A stretch of DNA of 64,000 bases from Vitrella brassicaformis CCMP3155 (GCA_001179505.1 CDMY01000340.1:1-64000); one strand, 5' to 3'; positions 15,992-26,901 are shown, counted from the stretch's first letter. The notes: a model not told the origin generated them from the sequence alone. Made by a program: numbers and translations.

Positions 15992-16963
15992 ATGAGCATC
16001 CAAGATATCATGTCAAGCCGATTGGTGGTCCCAGGGGCAGGGGCGGGTGTTGTGGTGACTGAGAGGTGGGTGGACTTCATGGACGTGGTGCAGCGGCAGA
16101 TAGATCTCCTGAATTGGCGAGGGAGAGGAGCACCAACAGCATCGTCAGCATCAGAGCACCACCCATTCCGCGAATTCTGTCTGTCTGCCTGTCCGTCTGT
16201 CTGTCTGTCGGTCTGTGTGTCTGTCTGTCTGTCTGTCTGTGTTTGTTTGCGGGTGTCAGGTGTACCAAAACATCTTCCACTCGTTGATCGAGCTGGAGCA
16301 GGTGTTTGCCTTCACGCTGCACGACCAAGTGGCCGCGGCCGCCCCCATGAGCGAGCGCCAGGCAGCACGCCTCATCCAGCAGCTGATGCAGGCATATTGT
16401 GACATGCTGGAACCAGGCTACTATCAGGCGTAAAAGAGGTGGAGGGAACACAGCGACAGTTTGTATGGGTGTGTCCGTCTGTGCAGTGATGCCGACTTGC
16501 GCAACTTTGTGTATGACGTGAGGGGCCGCGTGAAGCTTATGGAGCCCGGAAAGCGGCGTACCGCATCGAGATATGAGCGCATAACGATGGGTGTGCCCTC
16601 AGGCAGGGCAAGTGGAAGGAGTGGACCGCTGAGCTGCTAGTGAAGCGAGACACGCCGCCTGAGGTCGCACACAACCCAGAAGATGCAGACGCGCATTATA
16701 ACGTCCGTGTGTGTGTATGGCATGGTGTGCCTTCATTCAGGTGTTGGCCACACAGCGCGGCCAATTTGACGCAGAGAAGGCGACCGTATGGAGCGTGGCG
16801 TGAGCAGCACCTACACGCGCCCATGCCGCCTGTGCGGGGACGTGATGAGTGCTGGGTGTTCTTCCAGATATTTGGCCCTTTAGATCGTGACGTTCCTTCG
16901 TGCATCTGTCTGTCTGTCCAGGGTAGTGGGGAGGAAGTCCTGCAGGTGTGGGTTGATGAGTGA
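15992..16963 (+). CDS. Divergent protein-kinase-fold protein (probable pseudokinase); both termini uncertain
   Basis: Spliced exons give VVVTERWVDFMDVV (hinge-like), an alphaE-like helix, YYQADADLRNF (D-x4-N), VKLMEPG (in place of DFG), RDTPPE (in place of APE) and AEKATVWSV (in place of xDVWS). Confidence 0.5.
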
Positions 16964-17407
16964 ACGGAGGTGTGTGTCGCCGCCCATTGCGTGAGTAGCC
17001 AGACAGACAGACGGGACTGGAGGTGGATGCATGTGTGCATGTAGAGACGCAGGCAGTAGGGTGGGAGGATTGTGTACAGGAAGGGAATGGATCATGGGCG
17101 AAAACCGACTGCGTTGGTGTCGCGACCGACTGACAACCAACCAGTTACTGACTCGCATTCAACAGTCGACACTGTCGTCACGTCAATCACACCAAAACAC
17201 TCGCCGCAAACGAAGCCTCCACGCGTCATACGTTCAGACACACAAACACACCGCATTCAAGCACAGCACATCATGGATGGTATATCTTCACACCTCACAC
17301 AGCCACGAGGCAAACAAGAGGGAGCTTCACTTCAGCTCCTAGCAAATGCACCTAACCGCCTCTCTCTCTCTCGTCGACTAAAAGTCCTCAACCAGCGACC
17401 CCGCTCT

Positions 17408-17476
17408 TGTTGAGGAAATGATGTGTCGGCCCGCAGATGGATAACCTCGGCTATAGCCTGATTAGTTTCTTCAACA
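17408..17476 (+). repeat. 5' LTR (69 bp)
   Basis: TGTTGAGGAAATGATG...GATTAGTTTCTTCAACA, a direct repeat of 17675-17742 differing by one substitution and one indel. Confidence 0.92.
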
Positions 17477-17674
17477 GGTCATGTGCCCACTGACCTCAGT
17501 TCGAACCCCGATTAGCGCCCATACAGGGTGATACCTAGGGCCAAACCGGGCGGAAAACAATCTCGTTGAGCAGCTGCGGAGGGGTCGCGAGTTCGATTCC
17601 TGGAGGCAACACTGGGAACCTTGGAAAGGCAGAGGCGGAAAGGGGGGACCCTAGCTCTGCGGTCCGAAGGGGGG

Positions 17675-17742
17675 TGTTGAGGAAATGATGTGTCGGCCCG
17701 CAGATGGATAACCTCGGCTATAGCCTGATTGGTTTCTCAACA
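17675..17742 (+). repeat. 3' LTR (68 bp)
   Basis: TGTTGAGGAAATGATG...GATTGGTTTCTCAACA. It supplies the last sense codon and the TGA stop of the opposite-strand DUF4291 gene. Confidence 0.92.
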
Positions 17743-18459
17743 GCTCTCCTCGCTCTCCTGCTCGGCATCTTCGGCATTCTTGCCACAGGCGTGGGAAAAA
17801 AGCAGGCGGAACCGAACGGCATCGTCTGCAACCGGGTAGACGTCTTCTGTCGGCGTACACAGCCGCTCAACGTCATTTCTGCACCGCTCGTCGAGTGTGT
17901 GCACGAGGTCGGTGACGTCCTCGACACTGCCAAGCGCGTCGGTGCACATCTCGCGAAGGAGGTCGCCTCGCACGCCTAGCTGGATGGCCCGCCGCGGCAG
18001 CGTGTCGTTGGTGAAGGGCACGTGGTCGGGGTCCCATTGCATCACCACCGACGTCTCACCAATCGCAGCCTTCCACGCCTCACGAGTGCCATAGATCTCC
18101 TGGTAAGACGAGTGCACCGCCTCGCCCAGTAGACGGTCGAAGAAACAGCGGCGCAGACGCAGCGCCAACACACGCTCCTGATTTTTCTTGCTCGCCCATC
18201 CGCATCGGCACATCATCCAGGTGAAGTTGGTCTTGATCCACGACATGCGGTTGAAGCTGAACTTGTCGCCGCCGAACCGCTGGTGCTCGACGGCGTAGTC
18301 GGCGATGAACGGGTTGTATGCCTGGTAGACTGTCACGGTCTCGTCATCGAACTGGGCAAGAATGTGCTTCCCCTCTGCCGGCCATTTCGAACGCTGCTCT
18401 GCATAGGGGCTAAGCTGCAGCCGTGTCATTGCCTGCGCCTCGGTAAGCAGCTCGGTCAT
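17737..18459 (-). CDS. DUF4291 family protein, intronless
   Basis: ILAQFDDETVTVYQAYNPFIA, FSFNRMSWIKTNFTWMMCRCGWASKKNQERVLALRL, WDPDH and RRAIQLG match the DUF4291 pattern as I recall it. Single 240-aa ORF. Confidence 0.85.
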   Translation of the reverse strand: MTELLTEAQAMTRLQLSPYAEQRSKWPAEGKHILAQFDDETVTVYQAYNPFIADYAVEHQRFGGDKFSFNRMSWIKTNFTWMMCRCGWASKKNQERVLALRLRRCFFDRLLGEAVHSSYQEIYGTREAWKAAIGETSVVMQWDPDHVPFTNDTLPRRAIQLGVRGDLLREMCTDALGSVEDVTDLVHTLDERCRNDVERLCTPTEDVYPVADDAVRFRLLFSHACGKNAEDAEQESEESC

Positions 18460-18480
18460 CGTGACTCCGCAACGAGGGGT

Positions 18481-18562
18481 CTAAACCCTAAACCCTAAAC
18501 CGGCCGAAACCCTTGTTAACCTTAAACCCTAAAGTAGACAGGTTTAGGGTTTAGGGTTTAGG
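18481..18562. repeat. Inverted interstitial telomere-like arrays (CCCTAAA)n / (TTTAGGG)n in a bidirectional promoter
   Basis: 18481-18501 (CTAAACCCTAAACCCTAAACC) is the exact reverse complement of 18541-18561. An extra TAAACCCTAAA lies at 18523-18533. Confidence 0.9.
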
Positions 18563-20254
18563 ATGGGAAAAATGACCACCAACGACAGAAGCATGGACGA
18601 CAAGCGGACGATGGAACCACCTGCCAGCGAGAGCAACAGCCACGTGGTGTCGGTGGAGGACGGCAGCTGTTTCGACTACAGCGAAGCGTCAAGCGACCAC
18701 ACAACCGAGCCGGAGGCGCACAAGGCGTCGCCTGTCGGTGGGGCTGGTGAAGACATGAAGACATGTTCGCCGATGCGTCTCCCGAGAGATCCGTACTGGG
18801 ACAACGCCAAGATCTTCCTCGTCATTAATGTCTGCGTTGGGCATTTCCTTCAGGTCAGAACGACGAAGAGCAAACACACAGATTGGCCGCTCGCGCTACA
18901 TCGATCTGTGTCCGTGGTGTGTGTGTTCTGCAGGTCTACATACCGCAGGGGGAGTTTCCCAACGTCGTGGCGCGCATCGTGTACGTCTACGCGGCGGGCT
19001 ATATCATGCCTTCCTTCTGCATGATTGTACGGAAGGAAGACAGAGATAAGAAAGGCGAACGGGTACATGTTTCACAACACGGTGGTGTGTGGTGTATGCG
19101 GCTGCATATCTCAGTCAGGCTACTTCAGCAATCGCACGCACAAAGACGACTACACCACGTTCAAGCAGTCCAACAGCCTACTGTAAGGATGGAGCAAACA
19201 CGAAAGACAGTCGGCCACATTGGTACATGCATCGTTCGTGGTGTGTCAGTCGGGGGCTCTTCTTCCCGTACGTCATCTTCCAAGTGATTTACTCGCTTGT
19301 CTATCACTTCTTCTACGAGAAGCCCGACCGAGACTTGCCCGCGTTCGGCCTCTCAGTGCAGAGCAACTATGTGTGGCAGCCGTTCATCCACCTGTGGTTC
19401 CTCATGTCGCTGCTCGCATGGCGGCTGGTCGGCCCCCATTACATGAGGGTCGTCAAGTACCCTCTCATCACCTCTATCGTCATCGGACTGCTGGCAGGCT
19501 ACTCCAAGTAGGCGAACCTAGCCGGAAAAGCCGGAAGAGCAGCTGCAGCTTCCATTGTCTGTGTGTTGGTCTCAGTGCGACCCGGTTTCTGTCGCTGCAG
19601 CGGTCACTTGCCTACTTTCCCTTTTTCGTATTTGGGTGGCTGATGAAGGACACCCAGCCCCTCTTCACCCAAGCCAGACGGAAGTGCTATACCGAAAGTG
19701 GCATTTTGCCCTCTAAGAATGGCTTCATGGTATCGGCTTCTGCGCGCTGATGCTCGTCCCATAGTGTTTTACGGCCTCTACGCGCCTGGCTACTGGGACT
19801 GCCCAATATGGTAAGTGGGTGGGTGGGGGAGGCCGTGTGCAGATGTGGTGGTCCACTTATGCGCACATGTGCCACCTCATGCAGGTTTGGGGATCCATAT
19901 TGGAGTGAGACTGGTGAGTGCAACTTCCCTCAGTGGTATGCGTTCGTGGTGCGGCTGTTCTGGTACGCCTTCGACTTGCCCCTGTCCATTGCAGTCCTGC
20001 TCGTCCTGCCGCCGTTCCGCATCCCACACGTGAGCGACAAGTGGGGCCCGAGGACCATGCTGCCCTACATCGCCCACCCCCTCTTCATCATCGCCTTCCA
20101 GCAAGCCGGCTACTACCGAATCGATGGCCTCTCTGTGTCGGCCATGGTGGCCATATCGTGCTTCTTGGGTCTGGCAGTGGCCGTCTTGCTGATGACGGAC
20201 TACCCGTTCGCATTTTGGCTGCAGTATGTGGTGGACCCGCCGTTTCTGTCGTGA
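18563..20254 (+). CDS. Acyltransferase family 3 (O-acetyltransferase-like) multi-pass membrane protein
   Basis: RDPYWDNAKIFL...VGH, IMPSFCMI|SGYFS, FPYVIFQ, HLWFLMSL, RSLAYFPFFVFGW and many TM segments. About 6 exons. Confidence 0.85.
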
Positions 20255-22085
20255 TTTCTTTTCAAGAGAGACGAGAACGACACACATGCGGCGAGGCAAA
20301 GGACACACCAGCCGGGGCGGCAGGCCGATGCAGACTGGGCGTGATGGACATTCAGAGACAGAAACACCGGAAGACTCGCTCGGCTCACCACCGAGACACA
20401 CCCGGAAATCGAAGAAAATCCTTGATGGATGGATTGATGGATGGATGGATGTGTTACATGCCCTGCTCTGTGCGTACGTACGTATACGTATGTGTTGGTG
20501 TGTGTATGTGTTGTGTCTTCTCGCTGGAGAATGGGGTGCTTGTGTGTGAATGTCTATGGCTGCTGTTTGTCTGTCCGTATGATTGCATGTGTGTTTTTAT
20601 GTGCTGTGCTGACGGTATGTTTCCCCTGCGTGCGCCAAAATTGCTTATGGATTTGCTTTTTGTCTGCTGAATCGGCGATTTTCCGCTGAAGCCTTCTTAC
20701 GTGGTGTTTCTGCAGCTCGCACACATGTGAGTACCACACATCCTGACTTGCACTGCCCGTCAAGCTTGTATCCTGTCTCGGTGATGTGGCATGGGCGTTT
20801 GTTGTTGGCGTGTGGGTGTTTGGAGCGACTGCTGTCCATCAGCAGAACTGTTTACTGAGTGTGTGGTACACACATGCATTCACACGCAGACGGGCACCCC
20901 AGCAGTGAGTCGGCCGGTCAGTCCCCGGCCGGCACTCAGCAAAGACCCGCAGGCACACCTATACAGCTTCTGTATGTGCACACACGCACACTGGAGTGGA
21001 GGGAGGTACGTACGCACCGGGCTGCACCCACGCCCTTCTCCCCCGTTCAAACGTCTGCTGCCCGGCGACTTGCCTGTCTGTCTGTCTGTCTGTCTCTGTC
21101 TGTCGGTCTCTGCATATCTGTATCTTTCTCTTTGTCTCTTTTTCTTTCTCTCTGTCTCTGCCTCTCCTCCTTCCTACGTACTGGTTTGGATGGCAATTCC
21201 ATCAAGGTACTTGACGAGTGCTGATGTTCTTGTACAGTCGATTTGTGGTCTTACATGCACAAACCGGACCTTGTCTGTCTTGTCTTATCACCGACTGTCT
21301 GTCTTGTCTGTCGTGTCTGTCTGTCTGTCTGTTACGTGTTTGTGTAGCTCGCCTCGCATATGTGAAAATACCTACCGCACAAAATGACTGACTTGCACTG
21401 CCCGTATTGTGTGCTGTCATGGTGATGTGGATTGTGTGGCGACTTACCGCACTGTGTCTATCGCGATAACCCTGCTGTAGTCTGCCCGTCTCTCTGGGTG
21501 TGGTTTGCTGCAGCCATTGTGCCCTTTGCACATGAGAAATGCAGCAGAGCAACGTCAGCAAGTTCTGTGCATGAGGAATGTGTGGTGCATTCATTCATTG
21601 TGCTCGTGTCTGTGTGCATGTTACGGTGCAGGTGCTGTGAAGGGCCAGCTCCCGATGGCTCGCAGGACAAAATCTCTGCTGTGAGATGTCAGTGAATAGG
21701 GCGGGGAGGATGCTGGCACGGCGCTGGTTGATCCATGGGTTGGGTGGGTGGATGGGTTGGTAGAGTCGGCTTCTTGTGGCAGACAGATGGATAGATGTGC
21801 GACGGTGTCCTGCCTGCTTAGCGCTTCTGTCGATGCCTGACTCAGCGACTGTTTGAATGCTTCTATCTTCGAGTGTGAATGTTTCCCGCTGTTTGCGCGG
21901 AAACACATGCAGTGAGACGGACCAAGCTTGTGCGTCGAAATTATGTCAACCGACGGAGCGATAGAAGAGATACCAACACACGCACACGCAGGGAGAGACA
22001 CATACAGGCACACGGACTCTAAGCAGACACACCAGCCCTAAACCATGAAGTTTACGCGTCGCCTTCGAATTCCCCTTGTTGGAAA

Positions 22086-25000
22086 ATGGGTGGCTGCTGC
22101 AGCAAGATAGACAAGAGTGCGAGTAGCCCTGCTCCAGTTGACAAGAAACGGCCGCAAGAAGATGCCAAGGCCAGAGATCTCGTGAGCAACGTGACCACCA
22201 AACACAAGAAGGTTCAGTCAGGCTATGGATGGAATGCGTTGATTTGGCTGCAGGGCGGTGGGAGCTCTGACGCCGAGGGGTCCATTCCTGCGGAGGCCGT
22301 GCCGGTCGCAACCTATGCCACACACGAAACCCGTGAGAAATCCATCCATCCATCCATCAGACAGATTTGGGTTGAGGGTATGGCCGGTGCGGCCATCTGG
22401 CTGTGGCTCATTTGTGTTGTGTTCAGCAGGCCGTGAGGATGAGGGCAGCATCTTGCCCCTTGGCACTGATGTAAGAAGCATTTCATCCACCCACTTCTCT
22501 GTCGGTGTCCACTCTGCATGCCGGGTGGCTGGGCTGGCCTGGCCTTCCTTGTTTGTTTCTCAGGATCTGCGAGTGGTGTCTGTGGAGCTGGCGGCATCGC
22601 TCCTCACCCAAGTAGCAGACACGCATGTAAGTGAGAAGGGGAGGGGAGGGAGCAGCCGGCCAGCATCCATCCACACCATTGTGTGTCTGGCATGCCTATG
22701 TCAATCAGATCAACTTCCCATTGCTGTGCCCGCAGTTCGCAAGCGACCCAAACAGTGACCCTGCGGAACCGCTCAAATGGTACGTACGGTGGACACATCC
22801 CTCCATCCATCCATCCATACTCACGGCTTCTTGTGTTTCCATCCAGGCATCAGGAGCTCCATGCTGCCCTCGGGCTGTCCACCAACCTTCCTACTGATAT
22901 CGTCGCCGCGGTATGAAGGCGTGACTGCTCCCTTTGCCATGCCGGCTCTTCCCCACCATGTGTGTCTTTTGTTTGCAGGCCCCTGGGCTCCCCCGTCTGG
23001 AGTCGCAGCCATCTGCTGCGCCGAGACTGCCAGACACTACTAGGGAGGTTCAGGATGGCGGGAGGGGTGCCGTCAGGGGCGAGCAGCTGGCGCTGGCTTC
23101 CGACGAGAGTGAAGGGAAGGGTAAGCACGACGACGGACGATATACAATGTCTTCACTTTCACCACCCCGTTGTTTTTCTCTCGTCAGGTGTTCCGAGTAT
23201 CCTTGTGCAGCCCCCCGGGCCAGCAGTCAAGGCCAAGGAAGCCGCACGAAAACCACAAGGTCAAATGTTTGCAGCCTGCCACGCCACTCCCCACCCGTCC
23301 CTGTCTCCCCTGTTTTGTTCCCAGTTCCCATCGAAAGACCTGTAGCCGAAGACATCACCCCCAAGCCCCAGGAGACCCCCTCTCGCCGCCCTCCAAAAGC
23401 CCCGGCACCCTCCCCCGTCACCAAACCAGGCAAGCCGTCACCTGCCGAGCCCTTCTATCCAGCCCCCCGCAAAGGAGACGACGAGAGCACCCGGCCACCA
23501 TCGCACCGGGGCAAGGCCGAGGAAGATGATTTTAGGAGAAGCCGGCTCCTCAAAGCCGCGGAGAAGGCGGTGGTGCGTGTGGAGTCTGGGACAGAGGAGC
23601 TGCCGTCGCGCACACGGAGCTGGATGCCACCGGGAAGGCCGGAACATGGTGGCCGCATGCGGTCTGACGGCACTCCTTTGGGCGGCGGTGAAGGGAGGGG
23701 GGACGGGGAGCGGCGTCACAGCATGGATGACGCCATCGTCGCAGGGGCAAAGGAGAAACCGCGGCCAAAGAAGACATCCCCGCGGACCACCAAGGCGGAC
23801 GACAGGGACAGGGGAGCTCCCAAGCCATCCCGACCAGCCCTGCCAGAGCCCTCATTGCCCACTAGAGGCGCCGCGGCAGAGGAGCCTGCTGCACCTGCTG
23901 CTGCCGAGGAGCCATCTCTCCCGACGCCTCAGAAGAAAGCCGTCGCCAAGAAGAGGGCACCACCGATGCCTGAAGACCGCCCCGGCAGGCACAGAGAGGA
24001 TGCACACCGACCGAAGTCCCCTCTGAGGAAGGCGGCCGGCGAGCGGCCCAAGAGCCCTCCAAGGTCTCCTCCTGTGCGTCAGATTAGTCTGGAGAAGGCT
24101 CCGTCTGGCCTTGGGGACGCGGCGTCGCCGTTTGCTGTGTCTCCTACCAAGAAGGGCAAAGGGAAGGAGAGGGTCCGGCACCCAGGGGCGAGGATGGAGG
24201 ACGACAAGGGCGAGAGGCGACAGGAGGTGCGCCCGGCCCCCGTCACCTCACCTGTCCGCCCTCCCAGCCGTCACAAGGAGGTAAGATCTACACAAAACAA
24301 ATTGGCAGATCAGATGGACACAGGTAGGGATTCCATGGTGTCTTGTCTGTCCTTCTCGCGGTATCAGGTTGGTCGTAGCCACCCGTCTGGTGAACCTCCC
24401 TTGGAGCCCGTTCCATTCCCCCTCGCACCTGCACCAGCACCATCGCCATCGCCATCGCCCAAGAGAGTCGTCCTGCGCTTCGCCAGATTGTTTGGGCTCG
24501 GGCGGGGGCGGACAAAGGCGAAAGGCAGGGCGGCAAAGAGCCCCACCTACCGCCCCTCCCCCGTCCAGCGGCCACTTCCCTCGCGCTCGCCACCGGCTCG
24601 TGTGTCTGTGTCGACGCGGCAGCTCCGGAGGGCTCCATCTCCCATCCGGCCGCGGCGTCCCAAGTCAGCCCCTCCTGCACACTCGCCCACTCGCCTGCCC
24701 CCCCGGCTGCCCATCCGCCGTCAGCGCGTCAAGCCCTCCCCAGTGACCACTTCCTCCATTACCGTGTCGCCTCAGAGCAGCTCGTCACGGCCCCCATCAC
24801 CCCCACAGAGAGGCACTCGGTCGGCGCCGTCCACTCCCCATGTGTTGCGGCAGCATCTCAGGGCGAGCGAGGCGTTTCGGTCGGTGTCGGTGTCACCCCG
24901 AGTGCGAAGGCGGCGGCGCAGGCCATCGCTACCGGCGTTCGAGCCACCGTATGACTGGGAGAGGCGAGAGCGTGAGGCTGAGAAGGAGAAGGAGAGGGCA

Positions 25001-26901
25001 GCACTCGAGAGGCGGGCTGACAGGGGACCGTCCATGCCGCCCGAGTGCACATTCAGGTCACTCACTCACTGACTTGCAACAAAGATGCATCCACGGCAAG
25101 CGGGTTGCAGTCGCCTGTGGGTGGGTGTGCCCTTTTCGTTTGTATTATGTCAGGCCCCGTATTCTGGACCGGTCACGTCGGCTGGCCAAGCGGTCTGAGG
25201 CGCGCATGGAGGCCATCATCGCATCGGCCAGGAAAGACAAGGAGGGGCCGGATGCAGACGACCCCCCGCTCATGACCATCAAGCCGGGGCAGCACTACCA
25301 GCCCTCCCCTGTCCGCTCGTCACCTGCGCTGCCGTCCCACCCCCCGGTTCCACCCCTGTTGAATTTGGAGGCGGCTGCTGCAGCGGCGAGGACCGAGGAA
25401 GACGATGACGCATCTGCTGACGATGAAGGTATGTTCGGGCGTCCAAAGAGGTGCTAGATAGATAGTTCTCTGCCGTGAGTGTGTGTTTTGTGCTGTGTTG
25501 TGTTGTGTAGCTGGTGTCTCGACATTCACCCTCCCCGTAGACGACCCCTCGTCCCCCTCATTTGGCGCGCACACAGCACACGACATGATGGTCATCGACG
25601 ACGACCAGCCACTGCCACAGCCACAACCACACCCACAGCCGCAGCCGCACCCCTCACCCCCCTCGCCCCCCGCAGAGGCGTCCATCGTCATCTCAGAGAC
25701 GTCTTCGCCCAGCCGTGGTGAAGGCAGGTCACCAAACCGCCACCCGTCGCCCGTGCAGCGGCGAGGCAGTTTCGGCACCTCGCAGCGGAGCGTCGAGGAG
25801 TGGCGCAACACGCCCTTCAGGAGCTACTGGAGTTCAGACACGCGCCGGTCAATGGTGGATGCGTCTCATGGCGCGACGAGAGGGGGCCGAGGGGCTGGGC
25901 GGATGGCCAAAGGAGCCAAGAGAGGGCCGCCCATTCTCGCCTGGATCAAGCAGACAGAGGGCACGGTGGCTGGGGATGGTGAGGACGAGACACGGGAGAA
26001 GCCGCTGGGGAGATCGCCACAATACGCCCAGGTGATGAGCATCAAGGCGTCCCCCCGCAGCCCACCCATGCAGCCTCGTGCCCCGGGACGGATGGAGAAG
26101 AAGCCCCTCTCCAGCAGACAGTGCAAAGCCACACACCAGGGCACCAGCACGGCAGCAGGAGCTCCCAATGCCGATGTGCACGCCACCAGGAGCCGTCCAA
26201 CCATCGACTTATCGAAGGTGGCGAGACAGAGAGCGGACAAGAGGGGCGCGACGACAGCCATCCAGCGAGAAAACGGCGTGCCATCGGTGCGAGTGGATCT
26301 GCGAAGCGGGAGGGCCGGCCGCCCCTCTCTCCGTGGTGGCCGGGAGCAAGTTGCTTCCTTCTCCATTCATGGCTCGAGCTCGCTGTCGAGTGCCGCTGAA
26401 GGAGGCCCAGAGCTGCGGAGGTCTCAGGATCCAGAAGGCGGCAGCGACGGCCCAGAAGCTGACTCCTCCTCGCCGGTGTCTCATAGCGGAACGGCAGCTG
26501 CTGCCGGATACTCATTCATGATGGCCTCTGCTGACTCGAAGGACTCACTGCCCGACGCGACGCAGCCACATGCACCACCTGAAGGCCACAGATCAAGGGT
26601 CGGACCGTTTGGCTACCGGCATAGAGATGGGGGTGGCTCAGCGTCGATGTGGGTGGCGCAGGGTGAGGGACAGGGCAGTGGGGAAGGAACGGATAGAGTT
26701 GGTGGAGGGAGAGACGAGGGAGACGAGCTGTTGGATGCCATCGGCAAGGCACCTGATACTGAGGTATGCGCTCCCACTCGCACGGCAGGACACAGAGGTT
26801 GATGGTGGTCAGTCACCTCACCGAGAGTCGTGCCTTGTTGTGTTGTGCTGTGTGTGTCACCACCGTTGCAGAGGGTAGATGACGCCGCCGTTGGAGAGTA
26901 G
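22086..26901 (+). CDS. Large Pro/Ser/Arg-rich low-complexity protein with N-terminal MGxCC acylation motif
   Basis: MGGCCSK start, several small 5' exons, then long open exons (about 22980-25066, 25160-25428, 25511-26763). A likely last exon ends at TAG 26901. Confidence 0.6.

Larger units (their letters stand above)
17408..17742 (+). mobile_element. Complete non-autonomous miniature LTR retrotransposon (TRIM), Copia-type
   Basis: Two near-identical LTRs with TGTTGA...TCAACA ends. PBS-like GGTCATGTGCCCAC directly follows the 5' LTR and PPT GAAGGGGGG directly precedes the 3' LTR. 5-bp TSD GCTCT at 17403-17407 and 17743-17747. The 198-bp interior is non-coding. Confidence 0.92.

Noticed and set aside
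17477-17674. tRNA, 5S, SRP or RNase P/MRP gene in the element interior
   Set aside because: Only isolated GTTCGA motifs are present. I could not build a cloverleaf or find the conserved cores of these RNAs.
17408-17742. Tandem box C/D snoRNA interpretation of the two 69-bp repeats (ATGATGT, CTGA, terminal stem)
   Set aside because: The TG...CA termini, PBS, PPT and 5-bp TSD explain the repeats better as LTRs, and the C-to-D spacing is unusually short.
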